DNA from: Octopus vulgaris
Lineage: Eukaryota
DNA length: 64,000 nt
Direction: 5' to 3'
NCBI GenBank assembly: GCA_951406725.2
Contig: OX597816.1
Location: forward strand, 81,158,001-81,222,000
Below, one piece after another: positions 13,633 to 27,344 of this stretch (the first letter of the stretch is position 1; each line of letters opens with the position of its first letter). The notes below the pieces were generated by a model. The model worked only from the letters and a program-made list of their open reading frames with translations. It had not been told where the DNA came from and did not search any database. The translations under genes were made by a program, and so were the position numbers.

Positions 13633-13994
13633 GTACCAGGAAAGTTTATTGCTTCGTTTTAACATAATTACTTGGATGGATTTTTTTTTTTCTTCTTTAA
13701 ATATCTTCTTACATTTTCGCTTCTTAATTTGTTGTTGTTGCTTAGGTGTATTAAATAAAATAATGAGGAAGAAGAAATATAGAAAGGGAGAGGGGGAGAA
13801 ATGGCGAGGAAAGAGGAAAAGTGGGACAGAGGGAAAGAATTAGAAAATGAGATAAAGAGGAGGAAGGAATGAGAATATGAAAAAAAAAGGAAAGAATATC
13901 ATTGGGGAAGAATTAAAGACAAAATTAAAGAAGTACAAGGAAAGAAACAAACAAACAAGGTAAGAGAGAAAGAAATTGAATCGCTGTGCTGGAA

Positions 13995-14200
13995 TCGTTT
14001 CTAGAATACGCAAATCACCGAATTTAGAGGAGGGAGCTAGTCTATGAAATCGACCCTAGTTTTTGACTCGCTATTTTATCAACTCCGAAGGATGAAGATT
14101 ATATTTGATATTGGCGAGATTTGAGCTGAGTATGTAAAGAGCCGCAATAAATATGGCAAGGCGTTTTAGGCAAACTCTCTAACGATTCGGCCAAATCCAC
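13995..14200 (-). mobile_element. SINE family B, diverged
   Basis: ATCGACCCTAG..TTTTATCAACTCCGAAGGATGAA..GATTTGAGCTGAG..CTAACGATTCGGCCA is the reverse complement of family B. Confidence 0.7.
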
Positions 14201-14574
14201 CCCAATTTCTCTGCACCGAAATAAAGAAGTATGAAAGTTATTTGTGGTTTTGTAAATGGGGATCAGAATATGAAGAAAAGAAAAAGTAGGATCAAATAAG
14301 AGGGGAACAAGAGAAAGAAAATAACATAAAAGAAGAGTGAGGAAAAAAGAAACGATAAGAATGAAAAAATCAGTAAAAGAATAAGAGGAGAAAGAGAAAA
14401 TAAAAATGGAAGACAATGAATGGTAAAGCAAAGATAAGACAAAAAGAAAAATTATTAACCAGAAGCAGGTGTGTAGAAGTAAATAAAAGAAAAAGGAAGA
14501 GAATGTGAAGAAAGAGGAAAAGGAGAAAGAAAAATGGAAAACGAAAGGAGAATAGAAGAATATACAGTGTTGTG

Positions 14575-14705
14575 GTTGGTAGAGGTAGTAGAGCGCTGGA
14601 CAAAATGATTTGAAGTGTTTACTTAAGTTTTGTTCTTATGATCTGAGTTGAAATGATGCCGAAGTTGATTGCCCTTCATTTTTCTGTGGTCGATAAATAA
14701 ACTAA
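14575..14705 (+). mobile_element. SINE family B, diverged 5' part
   Basis: AGAGCGCTGGACAAAATG..CTGAGTTGAAAT..GCCCTTCATTTTTCTGTGGTCGATAAATAA. Confidence 0.6.
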
Positions 14706-14759
14706 CATAATGTGAGTAGAGAGACATACAAAATGTGTGTGTGTGTGTGAGAGAGAGAG

Positions 14760-14801
<42 letters not shown>

Positions 14802-14879
14802 CAAAGACATGGAAAGACAGGAAAGTAAAAACCGAAATACAACAGCTACATCGATAAACCTGACGAGTCCACTGGAGGT

Positions 14880-15290
14880 GACCCTATACAGCTGTATTTT
14901 CGGCAAAAATGAACCATATTTACCTCAAATCACACCTACAATGAAGAACACTTTAACTAAAGGTATTCAAAATATTCGCAATGATTTGAAAAAAGGTGAT
15001 AGATAATCATTACTGGAATGCCATTACTCTGTTCGATCAGGAATAACCCGGTAAGATGTATACATGAAAATGGTCCACGGTAAGTTGTATACAAGAAAAT
15101 GATCTAAGAGGGAAGCCTCATCCCAATCAATCGACCTTACTTAAAATACATACGCTACAGTCCTAACAATAAAAAGATACTAGAAACGGGGTAATGTAAT
15201 CTAAGATACACAGTCTGTAAAAGCCTGACGACAGAATTACTTCATCGGAGCTGACCTGGGACCAATCAAGGAATAACAACGACGATAGTG
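14880..15290 (+). mobile_element. Two tandem diverged family C copies
   Basis: CCTCAAATCACACCTAC..CTGGAATGCC..TTCGATCAGG, then TAATGTAATCTAAGATACAC..GAGCTGACCTGGG..AACAACGAC. Confidence 0.55.
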
Positions 15291-16113
15291 AGAAAATTTC
15301 TGTCTTGCATATTCAGATCTTAAATATACTGTTTGCATATTGATTGAAAAGAAATGACGAGGTAGTCGTGGCTGAAACACGCTGAACCATAGTTCTTCAA
15401 GATCAAAACTTAGCTGAGTTATAAAGAACTACGATAATGGTCGAGATTAGATTCCGAAATAAAAACAGTCAATCATTAGTTTTTTTTTTGTTTTTTTTTG
15501 TTCTTTTTTTTTTCCTATTAAATACCCGTCTAAGTGATAATGACAGTGGCGAGCAGAGAAATGGAAAATTAAATTTTTGTTAAATGCTCCGTGGGATCTC
15601 GAAGCTATTCTCTTCCTGCAAGAACTATTGCATCCAACCGCACCACTCACACCACTACAACCACATTCCATCATTTCATGACCACAGCAATAAATTTGAT
15701 GAACCCAGAAATAAAATGAAATTAAATTAAAGCAGAGGATAGTTCTTTTGTTGTTGGTGGTATTGTTGTTGCTTTTGCTTTTTTTTCTTCTTATTGTCTG
15801 GTACTAGGCAATAGGAAATTAGTAAATACAAATAGAAATTTATTTCAAAATAAGACAAATACAAAAATATACAAATAAAAAATTTTAACTAAGAAAATAA
15901 AATGAAAGAAAAGTCAATCTAAATTCATTGCTGGTGATGAGGGAGAAGGTGGGCGGTTGCCGGGCTGAAAAGTTTGGTGTCAATTGAACCAGTGGTATCA
16001 ACTTGTCAACGAATAAAATGGTTATTGTGTAATATAGCTTTCAGAGATCTCTGAGAAAGAGACAGGCAAAAAAAACTACAAGTGTGAAAGAGAAAGAGAG
16101 AAAGAAAAAAAAC

Positions 16114-16148
<35 letters not shown>

Positions 16149-16464
16149 AAGAGAATTACGTTTGGTGAATTTTCGCGTTCATCTGACGTAATTCTTCTGC
16201 ACCATCATCATCACTTTTATCATCATCATGAAACGTTAATCTTAATTTATTGCTGTTAAAAGGCTGTGTATGGGTATGTGTATTTGGATGTATGGTGTAA
16301 ATGTGTGTATGTGCGTGTGAGAACGAGTTGGGAGGAAACGAAATGGATGGCTCTGGAAGAAAACAGTTTGCATTGCTTTGTCTCCGATTTGACGTGAAAT
16401 TTATTCTTTCAAACTTTCACACACTCTCTCTCTCTATCTATCTTTCTTTCTTTCTCTCTCTCTC

Positions 16465-16519
<55 letters not shown>

Positions 16520-16946
16520 CATTCGAACGGATTGCTTGCACATTGCTTTTTGATTTAATCATCTTCCTTCCCTACGTCTTTCACGCGAACGAATACATAT
16601 GCGTTCATATGCATTCATGCGCAGGGATATGGGATGTTTTCTTATCCACAATGTGTGTGTATGCGTGTATGTGTGTGAATGAGAAGACACCGTGATTCTC
16701 CTTGTGATCAAAAATAAAAATAAGTCGATCTAATTAGATTCAGCTTCTGCCAACAATTCGTTAGGGATCACTAGCTCTTTCAATGTGTAAGTGAAAACTG
16801 TTTCAAAAGTTGAAACCAGTAAGATTGACCTCTTTTTCGAGACACAAAGGGAGAGAAACCTGTTGCTTAACCACAATATTTACTTTTACCCTGAAGTTAA
16901 ATCTATATTCACTATAAATACATATACCCTTAAGTTCATAACTTTG

Positions 16947-16992
<46 letters not shown>

Positions 16993-17876
16993 CGTGCACA
17001 CACACACACACACACACACACTGTAAGAACTACTCTCTCTCTCTCTCTCTCTCGAAACCCTTCTGAACTCAATCCCATTATCTCAGTTTTACTCTCGTCT
17101 TCACTTACGAATATGTATACATACACTATGTCTATTGCTATTTAATTGTTCCTACGTTGATTTGTTCATACCTAGCTCTAAATACCATTACATGTCTTCC
17201 TCTCAGTCAATCTATTCTCTCTCATTCTCCCTCTATCTATCTAACCATATAGCTTATTTCTCCACATCTCGCTAAATCACAATTCTCTTTCACTGAAAAT
17301 TTTTCCCTCTTAAATTCATCATCTCACACACACACACACACACATACACACACACACACACACACACTCACACATGCACACTCATTCATTTCTTACTGCC
17401 TGTTACCTATTTGCTGGCGCCCTTTTCAGAAAACTACGTAAGAACAAAACACGAGCCTTGCTGTAATGTTAGTTTTATCATCCCGCAGCTTTTGTTGATG
17501 TTTGCTCAAAAGCAGGAAATTCATCAAGCAAAACTGACATGCCACTTGACAAAATGTAAAAGCCAACAAACCAAAAATGCTGAACGCTATAAAAATATCT
17601 CAGCAAAATTTAGTAATTAATTATCATTAGCAATATTATTATCATTTATGTCATATTTTATCGTGAATGTTTTTTTTTTTCTCGTTATCATGATTATTAT
17701 TAATATCATCATTAATATCTGATTTTTGTTTAGGGGAAGAAAGAAAGTAAGAATTAAAAGAACATTCTTTTTAAAATGTGTGCACTTCTTTATGTTTGTG
17801 CATGTATGTGCGTACATGCATGTATGTGTACGTGTGTATGCGTGTTTCTAAATTCATACATACGAATATGTATGCA

Positions 17877-17926
<50 letters not shown>

Positions 17927-18058
17927 GTGTGTGTGTGTGTACACGTATGTGTATATGTATGTATGTATATGTGCGTGTATGTGTGTGCTAGCTCATTATA
18001 AAATTAATCTATACATGTGTTCATACACATATATATGTGCACATATATAATGTGTGTG

Positions 18059-18107
<49 letters not shown>

Positions 18108-18136
18108 ATGAGTGCGTGTGTGTATAGCTGTGTGTC

Positions 18137-18197
<61 letters not shown>

Positions 18198-18737
18198 TCA
18201 CCTATATATATATACAGACAGAGAAAGAGAGAAACATACATAACCATATTAGTAACTGTATGTAACTATATATACACACAAACATAATGGTGTGTGGGTG
18301 TGTATTTGCATCTCATGCATGGAGAGAGAGAGGGAGAGAGAGAGAGTGAGAGAGAGAACAGAGAAACAAGCAACAAGAAAGGAGAAAGAAAATGGAAGCA
18401 TAGATATTGTGAGAAAGTGCTGGGGGTGTTCTAGTGAATCATGATACACATCATTGTTTGATATCGTTTAAAACAAAGAAAGCTCAGTGAGTCACAAAAC
18501 GCTTTAAGAAAAATGTTTTCTAAGCCACTAGAGTGTTTTCACATGGCAAAACTACGCAGTATAGATATGAACGTTATCACATTTGTCAATTTTCATGGTT
18601 TATTCGATAAAACTTCAGCTTTGAATATTGCTTTTCCATTTTTACTAACGCAACCAAAGGAGCAGATTCTACATTCATAATAGGAATTTTTATATCCACG
18701 CATTCATTGATGGTCCCTCTCTCTCTCTCTCCCTCCT

Positions 18738-18789
<52 letters not shown>

Positions 18790-18847
18790 GTATATACATA
18801 TATACATGTACACGCGCACACACATATATAGACCTACGTGTCTGCAT

Positions 18848-18886
<39 letters not shown>

Positions 18887-19784
18887 TGTGTGTGTGAGAG
18901 AGAGATCTTATGTATAGATTATTTGGTATTGCTGATCAAATTATTGAAAAACAACAACACATATTGATAATCGGACTGTATAGATTTATTAAAGTAGAAT
19001 ATATTGATAATATTGGATTAATAGGGACTTTAAGTTTCGCCTTCAACGGCTTCTTGAACCAGTCAAGAATAAACCGTTAAAGGTGAGACTTGAAGTACCA
19101 GTCAATATAATACTACCTATCACACACATGTATATACTTATATACATATATATATTGTGTGTGTGTGTGCTTATATGTAAATATATATACATACCTATAT
19201 ACATATATATATGTGTGTGTGTGTGTGTGTATAACATTATATATGTATGCATGAATATATATATAACGCGAGCGTGTCTAGCGTCGAATATTTTTGAAAG
19301 CAAACCTACTCGCTCTATATAGAAGTGTGTATATGTGAGAGACAGACAGAGAGAGAGGAGACAGACAGACAGATAGAGAGGAGACAGACAGTGTGTGTGT
19401 GTGTGTGTGTTGTTACTGTAAGCTGAAATTATTTTTCCATCGACACTAGAAGTTTCGCAGTTACAATGCTCGCACAAGGAAACGTTACAAAGAACTGCAG
19501 TTGATGATATTCCCTCTGTTTTTAAGCACCTGAAAAATTACGGTGTACTGTGATTTTCAATACACACACACATGTATGTGTGTATATACGTATATATGTC
19601 TATTACCTAACCAGTAACGTAAAGAAGAAATCCATTTTTCATTCTAGATCGTTGACGTTCAAAGTTTGCACTTTAGATGTGCTATCAATTTTACACTTTA
19701 GATGTGCTATCAATTTTCAGCAGCAAATATTGCAGCATAACTTTGTGTTCCCATTAACAAGCAGTTCAGTAAAGGAGAACGATA

Positions 19785-19878
19785 TAAGTGTCAGGCTTTA
19801 AAAAAAACGTTGTACTAGAACAGATTCGTTCGACTAAATCCTTCTAGGCGATGCAACAGCATGGCCGCAATCCAATGA
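19785..19878 (+). mobile_element. Diverged SINE A 3' end
   Basis: GATTCGTTCGACTAAATCCTTCTAGGCGATGCAACAGCATGGCCGCAATCCAATGA. Confidence 0.65.
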
Positions 19879-20165
19879 AAGTTATGAAATTGTCGACTAA
19901 TCAAGCAAGCTAAATTTTAGTTATACTTTAAAAAGCGGCCCGAATGTCAGCACTAGCTTATTTCTCTGTTGTCCGAATGCTATGGAGATTAACCTGTCTC
20001 TTGAGCTTTCCAACATCCAACGAGAAGCGACAAACATTTGAGCGGCTTACTCATTCTTTTCTTGTTTCAACACTTTAAATAAATCAAAGTACATTTGCTG
20101 GATAACATCTTGAGAGTATGGCGATTGACACTGAAACATATCATGTACCAAAACAATTAACATGT

Positions 20166-20389
20166 ACTCTTTACTCTTTTACTCTTTTATTTGTTTCAGT
20201 CATTTGATTGCGGCTATACAGGAGCACTGCCGTTAGTCGAGCAAATCGACCCCAGGACTTATTCCTTGTAAGCCTAGTACTTATTCCATCGGTCTCTTTT
20301 GCCGAACCGCTAAGTTACGGGGACGTAAACACACCAGCATCGGTTGTCAAGCGATGTTGGGGGGGGGACAAACAAACACACAAACATAT

Positions 20390-20446
<57 letters not shown>

Positions 20447-20611
20447 TACGACGGGCTTCTTTCAGTTTCCGTCTACCAAATCCACTCACAAGGCTTCGGT
20501 CGGTCCGAAGCTATAGTAGAAGACACTTGCTCAAGGTGCCACCCCGTGGGAATGAACCCGGAACAATGTGGTTCGTAAGCATGCTACTTACCACACAGCC
20601 ACTCCTGCGCC
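20166..20611 (-). mobile_element. SINE family A, full length
   Basis: Tail (ACTCTTTT)n..TGTTTCAGTCATTTGA through head CACACAGCCACTCCTGCGCC, with internal (TA)n. Confidence 0.92.
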
Positions 20612-22137
20612 ATTTCATAATTTTATAGCATATCTATATTAGTTACATATGTTAAGCTCTCACTTGAATTTCGTGCAGTATCTTGGCTTGTGATAGTCCT
20701 AATAATTCCGCAATGAAACTTTTCGCCTCCTTCGATACGCTTACATGATAGGATATCAGGACAACTGGATTAACTGTTTGAAAAGTACAGTGCTTTATAA
20801 ATTAAGATATTTCTACTTGAATGCAAGGATGCATCTCAAGATAATACTCCAGGACTAAAAAGCCAACTAACTGTTCTTGAGTCTTTTGTGAGCGCTAATA
20901 AGACAACGACATGGTTCCTCCAAAGGTTTAAATATAAGTGGGAAAATCTGGGATGGCCATTCGACCATGCACATGGAATTACCTTTTTTTTTTTGCTTTG
21001 TTTTTATTTTCAATTTGACAGTTAAATTGCTGCAATATTATAAAAGATTGCTGCAATTATAATAGATTACTGCTACATTATAAAAATACTTTTTTCGGAG
21101 AGAGTACATAAAACGAGCTATTAATGTGTCTGCATACTGTGTGCGAGTGTATATGTGTATGTATGTTTTTATGCCCACACATGACTGTGTATGTTTATGT
21201 ATGCTTATATGCCTAAAAATATATGCATTTGTATGTATTTGTGTGTGTATTCGCGCTTAAGCACCGATTTTTCTGTCCACTGAGAATACAACCTATATAA
21301 ACATATACGTGTTAGAAACAATTTATCTCATGTTTTTGTTAGATGATTGAAGATTATAGGAGGTCAGCTTTGTAAATCACTTCTAAATTGGTTATCATGT
21401 GAAAAAATTGAGAGTGGTTTGTCTTTCAAAACGGTGACTTCAGTAAAACAATCAACCAAAAATGAAATGTAAAAAAACAATGTTTATTTTTATAAGATAG
21501 GTGACTTGTGTGACTTGTGTGACTTGTGAGGGGTGTGGAAAAGAAATCAGAGAAAAGAAAGAAAAAATATAAGAAAAAATATCGATAGACAAACAGACAG
21601 ACAGAGAGATAGACTGTTTTGTTCTAACATGAAATGGTAATTGCTTTCAACCGTCACATTAGAAACAAATTATTCTTATGATCATCATCATCGCCACTCC
21701 TCTCATCATCATCATCATCATCACTTTCACTCTCATCTTCATCATTATCATCTTCATCACCTATTTGATTTTTTAATGTTTCTCGATTTACCATTTTATA
21801 TAATTTTTTATATGTATTTCACAAAATTGATTTTAACACTTTTTTATTTTATCCATTTATGTAATGCAAATTTTACCTTTCATTATTATTATTATTATTA
21901 TTGAAATCATTGTTATTGTTATTATAATCATCATTGTTATTATTATTATTATTTTGATTATTATTACTATTATTATTATTTATTATTGGAGATAAAAGAC
22001 GTAATATTCCGTTATATACTGAGGTCAAATTTTTAGACTATTCCCATCACACATACGCACACACACAAACACACACACACACACACACACAAATTATACC
22101 CTAGTGTCTATACTAGAAACCATTATAATTGCTTAGA

Positions 22138-22630
22138 GCAGTGAGTGACGAAATTAGAAGAACGTCGGAATAATTGTCGTGTAATAATAGTGTCATTTTA
22201 TATACAAGTTCAAATTCCGCTAAGGTTGCTTTTTGCCTCTCATTGTTCCAGGTCCCATGAAATAAAGTACCAGTCAAGTACTGAGAACGATTAAAAGAGA
22301 GGCAGATTGACAGTATGGAACAAAATGTCTTTTCGTATTTGTTATGGCCCTTTAAGTCCTATGTTCAAATCCCACCGAAGTCAACTCCGCCTATAATTCT
22401 TCCCTGATCGATAAAATAATATACTAGACAAGTACTGAGATCGATTTAATTGACTAAGCACTTCCAACAAATTTCTAGCCTTGTTAGAAGTTAAGATCAT
22501 TATGGTTGATGGAAGAATTGATAGAGTGCTGAACAAAATGCATCGCCCTTACTGCCCTGAGTTCAAATCCAGACAGGTTCAACTTTACCTTTCATCCTGG
22601 CAAGGTCGATGAATTAAGTACTAGCTGTTA
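22138..22630 (+). mobile_element. Three head-to-tail diverged SINE B copies
   Basis: GTTCAAAT at about 22208, 22363 and 22561, each followed by a GCCT(T)TCAT/ATAAAGTACCAG-like module. Confidence 0.7.
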
Positions 22631-22656
22631 CAGATGTAATTTAGTAACATAATAAT

Positions 22657-22853
22657 CCTGACCGTGTATACCTATGATCAAAGGTATTCCGTCCATGACC
22701 ATCCAATATTGTGTTATACATTGTGCGTCCTGGAATATATAAGCCAATATATACTTTACAGTTCTTTGTAAGATGATAGGGTGCTATTTAAAAGAGATTT
22801 GACTACTGTTTCTAGTAGTTTTAGCGGTCTCATAATGGCACACTCATTGGCTT
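22657..22853 (-). mobile_element. Repeat family C within the SINE B cluster
   Basis: CCTATGATCAAAGGTATTCC..ATGACCATCC..GTAAGATGATAGGGTG..GAGATTTGACTACTGTTTCTAG. Confidence 0.7.
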
Positions 22854-23069
22854 GATAAGTACAAGTCAATTACTAAAATCGATATAATCGAATAAATCTT
22901 CCCCTACCTCAAAAAAAAAGTGATTTATGACTTTGGTGCCTATGCAACAAATCATTATTTTTTATTATCGTTGATAGAGCGTCGAATGGCAGGGACTTAC
23001 AGAGTCGGACAAGATGTTTTGTTGTATTGAATTACATTCTTACACGTCAGAACAATGTGTCTGTTACAA

Positions 23070-23171
23070 AATAATAATAATAATGTTGTTGTTGTTGTTT
23101 TTGTTGTTGTTGGTGGTGGTGGTGGTGGTAGTAGTAGCAGCAGCAGCAGCAGCAGCAGTAGCAGCAGCAGC

Positions 23172-23210
<39 letters not shown>
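23070..23210. repeat. Compound trinucleotide repeat (AAT)(GTT)(GGT)(GCA)(GTA)
   Basis: Directly visible. Confidence 0.95.
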
Positions 23211-23503
23211 TTGAATCGATAATGCAAATAACAAGCTATGAAATAATGAAAATCTGTTCGAATAATGATAATAATAACTGAACTCGTTTAATAAATCATC
23301 ACGATCTATCTCGTCGTCTTCATCATCATCATCATCATTATCATCATCCTAATTACCAGCCACTAAATGTTACAACTACCACAGCTACTAAATTAATTTA
23401 GTGAACTCTCACTCTACTATGCTACGTTTCATGAAGTGGAATGAAGTTGCTAAATCTGTTACCTTCCCCACCCCCTTTTATTTATTATTTTTTTTTTTTG
23501 TAG

Positions 23504-23570
23504 ATCTTTATCAAATAAGAAATTGGCAGTAACGTTTGCTCTTTGATGGCAAGGTGCTGCTCCTTGTCAT
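23504..23570 (+). other. Candidate 67-nt exon (non-coding, or 5'UTR plus start)
   Basis: Acceptor (T)nGTAG| at 23503 and donor CAT|GTAAGC at 23570/1. All three frames contain stops; an internal ATG at 23546 (MARCCSLS) is open to the donor. Confidence 0.4.
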
Positions 23571-24339
23571 GTAAGCCTAATAGAGATTTCAGAAGAGGTG
23601 TGAAACGAGAATCATACAATTTTATGATATTCTAAATATTTTAATCTGACTAGGCACAACCGCACCACAGCTTTCAATAAAGACAAAAGGGCGGTACTGT
23701 GCTTTTCATACTGTCCCGAGTATATTAGAAGCGTAAATGAATTGAAACTGTATCAATAGAGAATAGAAACCTCATTGTGTTCTTGAACACCGAAGACCAA
23801 AATGTAAGTCTCCACCGACAGCAATCTACAAAATGGTTTCGATTTCCTATTAAAACCACTACATTCTATTTATATAACTATCCTCACAAGAAAAACGTTG
23901 TTTGGAAGTTGTGTACTTGGAAAAGGTATGAATATCACAACCTCCTCAGTACCTAACACCGTCACGCAGTTTGATCCAAAGAAATCGATAAAAATCACAT
24001 ATTTATTCGGTTGTAAAATAATTTTTTTTTTAAATTTGTTTAAATATTATTTTGCTAGCTTTTTTTTTACCTTGATTTTTTGTTTACTTTTCTTTCACCT
24101 CTTCCAAGTTGTAATTTTTGATGCAGTATTTTATTACTAGTATCTTTTTTTATTTTTATCTATTATTTAATCAAAATATTCCTTTCTTTATCACTGAAAG
24201 AGAAACAATTTCGCTAACGAAATTCTTTTGAAAAGTTATTTCCAGGAATCAAGAACTTTTTTAATTCCTTGTAAACAAATATAAAATTAAACCATTTTTT
24301 TTTTACATATAAAATTCAACATTTGCTTTATATAGAGTT

Positions 24340-24551
24340 TTGTTACTGTTGCCAATGCTGTTATGGCTGTTGTAAAAGTTTGTCTTTTCCATAGTTAATG
24401 TTACTCTTTTGTATTGTCTTTATTTGTATTTTTTTTTTTGGGGGGGGGGGTTACTGTTGTTATAGTCGTGTATCATTACTGTTGGTGTTATTGCATTCCT
24501 TTCGAGTGTTAATAGTGGTGGTACTGATTTTTGTTATTGTTGCTGGTGATT

Positions 24552-24613
<62 letters not shown>

Positions 24614-24997
24614 GGTGGTGGTAGTACTAGTAGTAGTAGTAGTGGTGGTGGTGGTGGTGGTGGTGGTGGTGGTGGTGGTGGTGGTAGTAGTAGTAGTAGT
24701 TAGTGTTGATGTTGTTAATGTAGCCCCTGAAAGGGATGACTTAACAATCAAGGGTATTTCCAGACATCTAGGATCATACAAGTCAAACAACAGGGAGTAA
24801 TTTGAAGGAAATTTGGCTATTTCCTTGGTTCGATTGCTGTTGTTATTGTTGTTGTTGTTGTTATCGTTGGTATGTGGGAGAGGGGGCATGTTATAGCTAT
24901 GTTATCAGTTTGGTCATGGTGACGGAGAAAGGTGGCGTTGTAATTATTGTCGATAGTGGTGATGGTAATAGGAGTAATAGTAGTTGTGGTGACAAGG

Positions 24998-25041
<44 letters not shown>

Positions 25042-25618
25042 TGGGGGTAGTGGTGGTGGTAGTGGTGGTGGTTGTGGTATTATTGATTATAGCAGTAGCG
25101 ATGAAGGCGTTGGTAGTAAAAATGGTAATGGTAAAAAGTGGTATAAGTAGTGGCTGTAGCAGTAGTATTGATAATACTAGTAGTGGTAAAAGTGGTGACG
25201 TTGGTAATAGCTACGGTTGTAGTGTTGGTATGGCTATAGCAGTTGTAGCGATAAAGATAATGCCAATGGTTGCAATGGTAGAAGTGTTACTTATAATATT
25301 GGTAGTGGTGATGGTGTAGCTGTGCTGCTAGTGATGACATTGACACTAACAGAGATGGTATTGTTGGTAGAAGTAGTGGTTGTGGGGTTGGTGGTGTTGG
25401 TGCAAGTAGCAGTGCTGGTAACGGTCTACGTTGTATTAGAGAAGATGTTGACAGTAATGTTGGTAGTGGTGGTGTTAATGGAATGATGCCACTGGTAATC
25501 AGAAATGGTAATGGGGATATTAGGGTGGTGTTGACAAAAGGCGTAATAATGGTGGTGGGAATGATACAAATGTCGATGGGAGTGGCACTAGTAGTAATGA
25601 GAGGGGTGAGTCTAATCC

Positions 25619-25669
<51 letters not shown>

Positions 25670-25690
25670 AGGTGTTGGTAGTGGGTGTTA
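24340..25690. repeat. GT-rich degenerate trinucleotide block (GTA/GTG/GTT)
   Basis: Directly visible; source of the poly-V/S/G/T ORFs. Confidence 0.9.
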
Positions 25691-26034
25691 CTGATTCTGG
25701 GTGTCAAACAAGATCAATATGTTCGATATTTTCTTATCATTTTGCTCCTAATTTACTTCATTACTTTTTCCCTCTTTTTTTTCTCTCTTCCCTTCTATTC
25801 TAACATTTCTCGCAGCTTCCTGTATTCCTCCTTTACATTTGCCCTCCCTGATCTCTATGTTCACCTTTATGTGTTCAACTCTGCCTTTTCATCCCTCTTG
25901 GGTCGATCGAATAAGTACCAGTCAGGAATTCAAGTCAGTTTATTCAACAACATTCTTCCTCTGATAAATTTGTAGGAGTATTTTTTGCAGCAGAACTATC
26001 CATGATTCGTGTTGTTGTTATAATAATAATAATA

Positions 26035-26079
<45 letters not shown>

Positions 26080-26082
26080 TAG

Positions 26083-26400
26083 AAGGCGGCGTGGGCGAAA
26101 TGCTTAACGGCATTTCGTCCGTCTTTACGTTCAAATTTGCCTTTCAACTTTTCGGGGTCGATAAATTAAGTACCAGTGAAACGCTGGGGTCGATGTAATC
26201 GACTAATCCCCTCCCCACAAATTTCAGGCCGTATGCCTTCAGTGGAAAGACTTATTTTTATTGGGGATGGATTGAAAGAATTGTTAGTGCATCTGACAAA
26301 ATACCTGGTAGATGTATTATATAATGGCTCTTTACATTGTGTTCAAATCTTGCCGAGTGTAGATAAAATTAAGTACTAGTTAACTAATGAGATTAACTAT
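26083..26400 (+). mobile_element. Two tandem SINE B copies after (ATT)n
   Basis: AAGGCGGCG..TTTCGGGGTCGATAAATTAAGTACCAG..CTGGGGTCGATGTAATCGACTAATCCCCTCCCCACAAATTTCAGGCC, then a diverged second copy. Confidence 0.8.
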
Positions 26401-26474
26401 ATTCATCTCATCGATTCTTCCATTTCACAAAATTCTTAATCTAGTTCCTACTTTAGAAATTATTATGATTATTA

Positions 26475-26890
26475 CAGGCGCAGGTGCGGCTGAGTAGTAA
26501 GAAGCTTGCTTTCCAACCACATGATTCCGGGTTCAGACCTACTGCGTGGCACCTTGGGCAAGTGTCTTCTACTATAGCCTCGCCTCGGGCCGTCCAAAGA
26601 TTTGTGAGTGGATATGGTAGACGGGAACCGAAAGAAGCCCGCCGTATATATATATGTTTGAATGTATGTATATCTGTGTGTGTGTGTCTTTGAGTTTGTG
26701 TTTGTCCCCCACTACCGCTTGACAACCGGTGTTGGTGTGTTTACGTCCACGTAACTTAGCGGTTCGGCATAAGAGACCGATAGAATAAGTACCAGGTTTA
26801 CAAAAATAAGTACATTCTTTCGACTAAAAATTCAAAGTGATGCCCCAGTATGGCCGCAGTCTAATGCCTGAAATAAGTAAGAATAAGAAT
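26475..26890 (+). mobile_element. SINE family A, full length, diverged subfamily
   Basis: CAGGCGCAGGTGCGGCTG..GGGTTCAGACC..GCACCTTGGGCAAGTGTCTTCTAC..CCCCAGTATGGCCGCAGTCTAATG. Confidence 0.9.
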
Positions 26891-27344
26891 ACATTATTCA
26901 ACGTTACATATTTTAGGTTTAATCGTTATTATTCTCGTGGAAATATTCGTGAGTAAACTAAGATGTCAGCACACAAGTGGTTTATGTTTTTGTTTGACCT
27001 CTCGTGCGTAGCAACTTTATTTCACTAATTATACTGATGTTTTCGACATCTTAAGAGATGCATGAACGTCACACAATCTCATTCTTCATCTTTTCATGGT
27101 CTCTACTTACAGTTAGCTGAGTATACTGGGACAACCCGTTGAAAGTTGACTAATAGAGTACAAAACCTCGAACTCTTGGTAAGGTGTCCAACTTGGAAGG
27201 CCTCAGTAGTCAGTTTCCAGTTTATTTAGCCCTTTAGCAACGTTCTCCCTTTTATTTGTGTATTCTAAAAATGAGCAATCTTCAAGAAACGAAACAAAAT
27301 TTCCTAAATGGTGCACCAGAATAATGCCATAAACTTCATTCTAG

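Noticed and set aside
20860-20975. Minus-strand EWPSQ..LNL resembling the Tc1 WPSQSPDLNPIE motif
   Set aside because: Only one short broken motif; insufficient to call.
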